The notes beneath the pieces were generated by a model that ran no database searches, had not been told where the DNA came from, and saw nothing but the letters and a program-made list of their open reading frames with translations. From the NCBI GenBank assembly GCA_963579845.1, contig CAUZHS010000004.1, positions 1 through 51,782 on the forward strand: a DNA stretch of 51,782 nt, in the 5' to 3' direction. Below, piece by piece: positions 47,635 through 51,782 of this stretch. The stretch comes from Dehalococcoidia bacterium. GTDB taxonomy: Bacteria > Chloroflexota > Dehalococcoidia > Lucifugimonadales > Australimonadaceae. Made by a program: the position numbers and the translations under genes. Numbering within the stretch: the first letter of the stretch is position 1; each line of letters starts with the position of its first letter.

Positions 47635-50448
47635 CTAAGAGCAGCCTGAGTTGTTCCCACAGTGGGGGCAGATGTAGCAGGTACCGACGAAGCGCATAGT
47701 ATTGCCACACTCCCCGCAAATTTCTCCCGTCTCCGCACCTGAACCAACCTTGGCTAGCAGTGCGATAGGGAACTGCATTTCCGTTTGCTTCGTACCCATC
47801 TCCTGCACGCGGACGGCTGCGGCTGCTTGGGCCACGGTGGGTACGTTGTCGAAAGTTACGCCGTCCAGAGAGTCCTGCAACGGCTTGGAGCCGTGTATCT
47901 GCTTCTCCCCATCGTAGTGCAACGTCAGGTATTGGGCGAGGTAGTCCACCGGGCTCGTGGCGAAATGGATATCCGGATTGCCTGTGATGCCCTGGGGTGT
48001 GAACGACTGGTGGCGCATCTTCTCTGAAATCTTCTCCAGGGGGACGCCGTACTGGAGCAGCAGGGAGATCATGGTGGCTAAGGAGTCCATCAATCCGTTG
48101 ATGGTTGAGCCTGCCTTAGACATGGTCACGAAGACCTCACCGGGATGTTTGCTCGCAAATTCTCCTACGTGGATGTAGCCTTCGTAGCCGCTGATGGAGA
48201 ACTTGTGACGAGTGGCTGCCGCCGTTTCCGGTAGGCGATGTCGGACGGGCTCGCCTACCGGCGGTGCGAGGCCGTTGGTGGAGGTGACCGCTGCGGGCTT
48301 CGAGAGTTGCTTCTGGTCCTCGTCTACGGTAGTTCGCAGCGGTGCGCTGCCCTTGGAGCCGTTACGGTACATGGCCAGCGATTTGAGGCCCTGCTTCCAT
48401 GCCACCAAGTGCATATCGTAGACCTCATCTACGCTGATTTCGGTGGGTAGGTTTACAGTCTTGGAGATGGCGCCGGAGATAAAGGGTTGGACGGCCGCCA
48501 TCATCTGCACGTGGGCCAGGGGGCTCAAGTAGCGAGTCCCCTCGCCGGAGTTCACGGCGCAATCGAAAATGGAGAGGTCTTGCGCCCTGAACCGAAGGTA
48601 CCCTTCAGGTGTCCCATGCTCGTTGATCCACTCCCAGAGTCCCTCCCGCCACTGACGGAGGGTTTCATTCGTTTCTACCACGCCGACGGAGGGCTGGGGC
48701 TGGATTTGTTCGAGTGCCTGACGGGCGCAGTCGATGGTGAGCTGCTTGATGCTGCCGTCAATGAACTTTTTGAAGGTTTGAAGGGCGAAGGGCGGCTCAA
48801 TGCCGGTGGTGTCGAATCCCATAAGGAAGCTGATGGTTCCGGTGGGAGCGATCACGGTGACCTGGGCATTGCGGACGCCTCTGCCGGAGGCGCAGGCCTC
48901 GACCACCTTCTGCCAGTTTGCGATGTCCGGTCGGTCATCGAAGTCGGCGGGGATGGCCTCGGCTGCTTGAAGGTGCTGGCGCATAACCCGGGTGAAGCTG
49001 CCGGGAGTCTCAGGGAAGCGGGCGAAGGGTCCTACCCGTTCAGCCAACTGCGCTGAGGTCAGATAGGCCTGGGAGCAAATGAGCGAGGAGAGGTAACCGG
49101 CGTATCGTCGGGCCGCAGCGGTGTCGTATCCCAGGCCCAGGGACATGAGTAGCGCACCCATGTTTCCGTAACCCAGCCCCAACGGCCGGAAGTCGTGGGA
49201 ATTCTTCTCGATGAGCTGGTTGGGATAGGAGGCGTTGCTGACCACCGCCTCCATGGCAGTGATGAGCAACGTGGTCACATGCCGTAGAAGCTCCGCGTCC
49301 ACATTGCCATCCTTGTCCCGGAGGCGCATGAAGTTGATGCTGGCCAGGTTGCACGCGGAGTCGTCCACAAACATGTATTCGCTGCAGGGGTTGGAGGCGT
49401 TAATGCGTTGGACGTCTAAGACCGGATTCCAGTGGTTCACTACATCGTCGAACTGGACACCGGGGTCGGCAGAGCGCCAGGCGGCGTTGGCGATTTGGTC
49501 CATGAGCGAGCGTGCTTTGAGGGTCTTGGCAACCTTGCCATCGGTCCTGTTGACCAGATGCCAGTCGTCGTCCTGCTCCACCGCCTGCATGAATGCCGCG
49601 TTGAGGCGGACGGAGTGGTTGGCGTTTTGGAAGGGAGCGTACTCGTAAGCCCCGCCTTTAGCACTGAAGTCGCCGTCAAACCCCGCGGCAATAAGGGCCT
49701 GGGCAACATCCTCCCCTAAGACCTTGGAGTTGATGAACTCCTCAATGTCGGGGTGGTCGCTGTCCAGAATCACCATCTTTGCAGCCCTGCGGGTCTTTCC
49801 TCCACTCTTGATGGATCCGGCCACGGCATCGAACAGCCGCATGAAGGCAACTGGTCCTGAGGAGGTGCCCCCGCTAGAGAGTGGTTCATTGGAGCCGCGT
49901 AGGGTGGAGTAATTGGTGCCGGTGCCGCTTCCCCACTTGTAAAGGAGCCCCTCATTCTTGGCCAACTCCATGATGGATTCCATGGAATCATCGACCGATT
50001 GAATGAAGCAGGCGCTGGCCTGGGGCTTGCGGGTCTTGTGCTCCGGCGTGCCAACGTTATACCAAACGGGGCTGTTAAAAGCGGCCATCTGGTGGAGCAG
50101 CAGGTAGACCAATTCATCGTAGAACACCGAAGATTCGGCCTTGGTGAGCAGATTATCCTTCACGGCCCAGTCCCGCATGCTGGAGGCCACCCGGTCGATA
50201 ACATCACGCAAGGAGGTCTCGCGCTGGGGTGTGCCAAGCTGACCCCAGAAGTACTGGAGGGTGACCACATCCACCGAGGTCTGCGTGAAGTAGTCGGGGA
50301 ACTCCACGCCAAGCTGCTCAAAACTTGTGGAGCCGTCGGGACGTTTGATGACGGCATCGCGCTTCACCCAGGTGACGGTGTCGAATGGATCCTGGCCCTT
50401 TTGCGTGAAGCGGCGCTGGATGAGGGTGCGAGTCTTGGCGGTAGACAT
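47635..50448 (-). CDS. nrdJ: Class II (adenosylcobalamin-dependent) ribonucleotide reductase with C-terminal TSCPD and Zn-ribbon domains
   Basis: FNSPVWYN, QASACFI, GGKTRRAAKM, ASNPCSEY, CNLAS, IAPTGTISF, SGAISKTVN, C-terminal CxxC...CxxCxxC..GCS. Confidence 0.95.
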   Translation of the reverse strand: MSTAKTRTLIQRRFTQKGQDPFDTVTWVKRDAVIKRPDGSTSFEQLGVEFPDYFTQTSVDVVTLQYFWGQLGTPQRETSLRDVIDRVASSMRDWAVKDNLLTKAESSVFYDELVYLLLHQMAAFNSPVWYNVGTPEHKTRKPQASACFIQSVDDSMESIMELAKNEGLLYKWGSGTGTNYSTLRGSNEPLSSGGTSSGPVAFMRLFDAVAGSIKSGGKTRRAAKMVILDSDHPDIEEFINSKVLGEDVAQALIAAGFDGDFSAKGGAYEYAPFQNANHSVRLNAAFMQAVEQDDDWHLVNRTDGKVAKTLKARSLMDQIANAAWRSADPGVQFDDVVNHWNPVLDVQRINASNPCSEYMFVDDSACNLASINFMRLRDKDGNVDAELLRHVTTLLITAMEAVVSNASYPNQLIEKNSHDFRPLGLGYGNMGALLMSLGLGYDTAAARRYAGYLSSLICSQAYLTSAQLAERVGPFARFPETPGSFTRVMRQHLQAAEAIPADFDDRPDIANWQKVVEACASGRGVRNAQVTVIAPTGTISFLMGFDTTGIEPPFALQTFKKFIDGSIKQLTIDCARQALEQIQPQPSVGVVETNETLRQWREGLWEWINEHGTPEGYLRFRAQDLSIFDCAVNSGEGTRYLSPLAHVQMMAAVQPFISGAISKTVNLPTEISVDEVYDMHLVAWKQGLKSLAMYRNGSKGSAPLRTTVDEDQKQLSKPAAVTSTNGLAPPVGEPVRHRLPETAAATRHKFSISGYEGYIHVGEFASKHPGEVFVTMSKAGSTINGLMDSLATMISLLLQYGVPLEKISEKMRHQSFTPQGITGNPDIHFATSPVDYLAQYLTLHYDGEKQIHGSKPLQDSLDGVTFDNVPTVAQAAAAVRVQEMGTKQTEMQFPIALLAKVGSGAETGEICGECGNTMRFVGTCYICPHCGNNSGCS

Positions 50449-50457
50449 GGAATCTCC

Positions 50458-50504
50458 TTACAGAGACTTGTGGAATGGAGTCGCAGAAGCACAAGATATT
50501 GTAG
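50458..50504 (-). promoter_or_regulatory. Tandem NrdR boxes upstream of nrdJ
   Basis: Imperfect palindromes acagagacttgt (50460-50471) and acaagatattgt (50491-50502), 31 bp apart, resembling acaCwAtATaTwGtgt. Confidence 0.7.
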
Positions 50505-50517
50505 ATGGTAGGCCGTC

Positions 50518-50547
50518 AGTTTGAGACTTGGGACTGAGCGGTGTCAA
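50518..50547 (-). promoter_or_regulatory. Putative sigma70 promoter for nrdJ
   Basis: TTGACA-18 nt-CAAACT just upstream of the NrdR boxes. Confidence 0.45.
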
Positions 50548-50627
50548 GAGGAAGATGTTCCAATTCCAGAGGGGATTTTAAGAAGGCCAAGATTGTGTAA
50601 AGGGCCAGCGATGGCTTCGTGGCCTCG

Positions 50628-50657
50628 TTGACAGCTTTGGGAGCGCTTGAGTATCAT
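50628..50657 (+). promoter_or_regulatory. Putative sigma70 promoter for tRNA-Met
   Basis: TTGACA-18 nt-TATCAT. Confidence 0.6.
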
Positions 50658-50704
50658 GGGTAACCGCGGCTCCGGGTTGAGCGGTTGGCTCCCCGGGCTT
50701 GGGT

Positions 50705-50779
50705 GGCAACGTAGCTCAGCGGCAGAGCGGGCGCTTCATAAGCGCTAGGTCACAGGTTCGAATCCCGTCGTTGCCACCA
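50705..50779 (+). tRNA. tRNA-Met (CAT), elongator type
   Basis: GGCAACG/CGTTGCC acceptor, TTCATAA anticodon loop, GGTTCGAATCC, ACCA end; paired 1:72 and no GGG/CCC anticodon stem, so not initiator. Confidence 0.9.
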
Positions 50780-51656
50780 CTTGCAACCTCTTCTTTTCCC
50801 GAATATTTTCCTTCTCTGCGTAGCTTCGGGCAATGGGCTTGCGTCTTGCTTTTCTCTCAGAACCGCGGCCTCGGAGGTTCTACGTTTGTTTTGCGCGAAG
50901 GTAGAATGTAACGAAGGATGAAACACTACGTAGATATACGGAGCCCGACTTCTTTTGAGCACAGGGGTGGAAGGAACTAACCGGGCTCGTTTCTCGCATG
51001 GCAGCTCGGTCTGATGGAGAGGATTCGGTATGGCGGTGCTGCTCAGGCCGCTGTGACATTCTCGCGTGGGACCATGTACAAGGTCACCTTCCTCACGTGA
51101 TGTACCTTGACTTGCCCCTAATACGCGACGCGCGCAAGAGGGGTTCACGGAGAAGAACTCCATTGTGGCCTGCTTTCACGCCCACCTAGCGGATCTGATT
51201 TTGCTGAATGTGCTCATTCCCGTGGGTGTGGCGTTGGTGGCGCAACGGGGACTCCAATTAGAGTTGTTGCTTTCCGGATTCGGGGCGAATCCCTACCCGT
51301 ACCTTGGCCAGGCGCCAGTCTTCGTGCTGTCGTCTCTGTGGGAGGGGCCTGCCCAACGTCCTCATCGAGGCCTTGGCCCTTTGTGAAGCCCAGTGTTCTG
51401 CAGCGATTGTCCCAGCCAGCGCCATGGAAGTCGTCCTGGAGGGGGGCTGAGGCACATGGGTGCCCGAGGGCTATCATGGAGGTAATTGGACTGGGCGATG
51501 CGTCGCGTGCTTAGGGATCATGCTCTGGCCCAAGGTTTTTTCTTGCTGCCCAGAAGGGGGGCTTATACCGGGGTTGCTGACGGGGCTCTTGTGGCAACCG
51601 CTATTAAGGTCGAGGGTTGTGGATTTGCGTGGGGAGAGGGGCTGGTCTTGGAATGA

Positions 51657-51699
51657 AAAAGAAAGAGGGGGAGCGCATTGCGCTCCCCCTCTTTCTTTT
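51657..51699. terminator. Bidirectional terminator
   Basis: Perfect 21-bp inverted repeat aaaagaaagagggggagcgca-t-tgcgctccccctctttctttt. Confidence 0.85.
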
Positions 51700-51720
51700 A
51701 AAGACTTGGGTGCAGGAAGC

Positions 51721-51782
51721 CTAGCGGCAGGAATCCACCATCCAGGCCCGTTCGAAGGCCCAGGCGTGGGAGTTCCACGTCC
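51721..51782 (-). CDS. 3' end of an unidentified gene entering from the right edge
   Basis: ...TWNSHAWAFERAWMVDSCR* ending just before the terminator. Confidence 0.45.
   Translation of the reverse strand, partial: TWNSHAWAFERAWMVDSCR

Noticed and set aside
47635..50448. Intein or intron in nrdJ
   Set aside because: Continuous ORF of normal length; no intein splice-junction or LAGLIDADG motifs seen
1..51782. CRISPR array or rRNA
   Set aside because: No regularly spaced repeat-spacer pattern and no rRNA-like sequence seen

Overview
Bacterial chromosomal window, GC-rich overall. Gene content and style suggest Chloroflexota (Dehalococcoidia/SAR202-like), which is an inference. Core genes: citrate synthase 3' end, a MidA-type methyltransferase, a metE-gcvT-gcvH-gcvPA-gcvPB run, fabI, an EVE protein, MFS transporters, an aldo-keto reductase, DUF1802, TatD, trxA, a catabolic cluster (FAH-family, NHL-repeat, Mo-hydroxylase large subunit, MoaD-like, two alpha/beta hydrolases), a giant two-permease FtsX/MacB-type ABC system, fabG-fabF-methyltransferase, class II ribonucleotide reductase with tandem NrdR boxes, and tRNA-Met. 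The main signal missed by the ORF track is selenocysteine recoding. A tRNA-Sec gene (anticodon TCA, 16010-16107) is accompanied by three redoxin genes split by an in-frame TGA exactly at the catalytic Cys position, each followed by a SECIS-like hairpin: an AhpE-like peroxiredoxin (2118-2579), a BCP-like peroxiredoxin with a non-canonical active site (16904-17365), and a membrane-anchored UxxC thioredoxin (25377-25865). Downstream of selC lies a visibly more AT-rich ~9 kb island with several tRNA 3'-half remnants, 12-bp-period direct repeats and a decayed tyrosine-integrase tail. All calls are by eye from motifs; no database searches were run.
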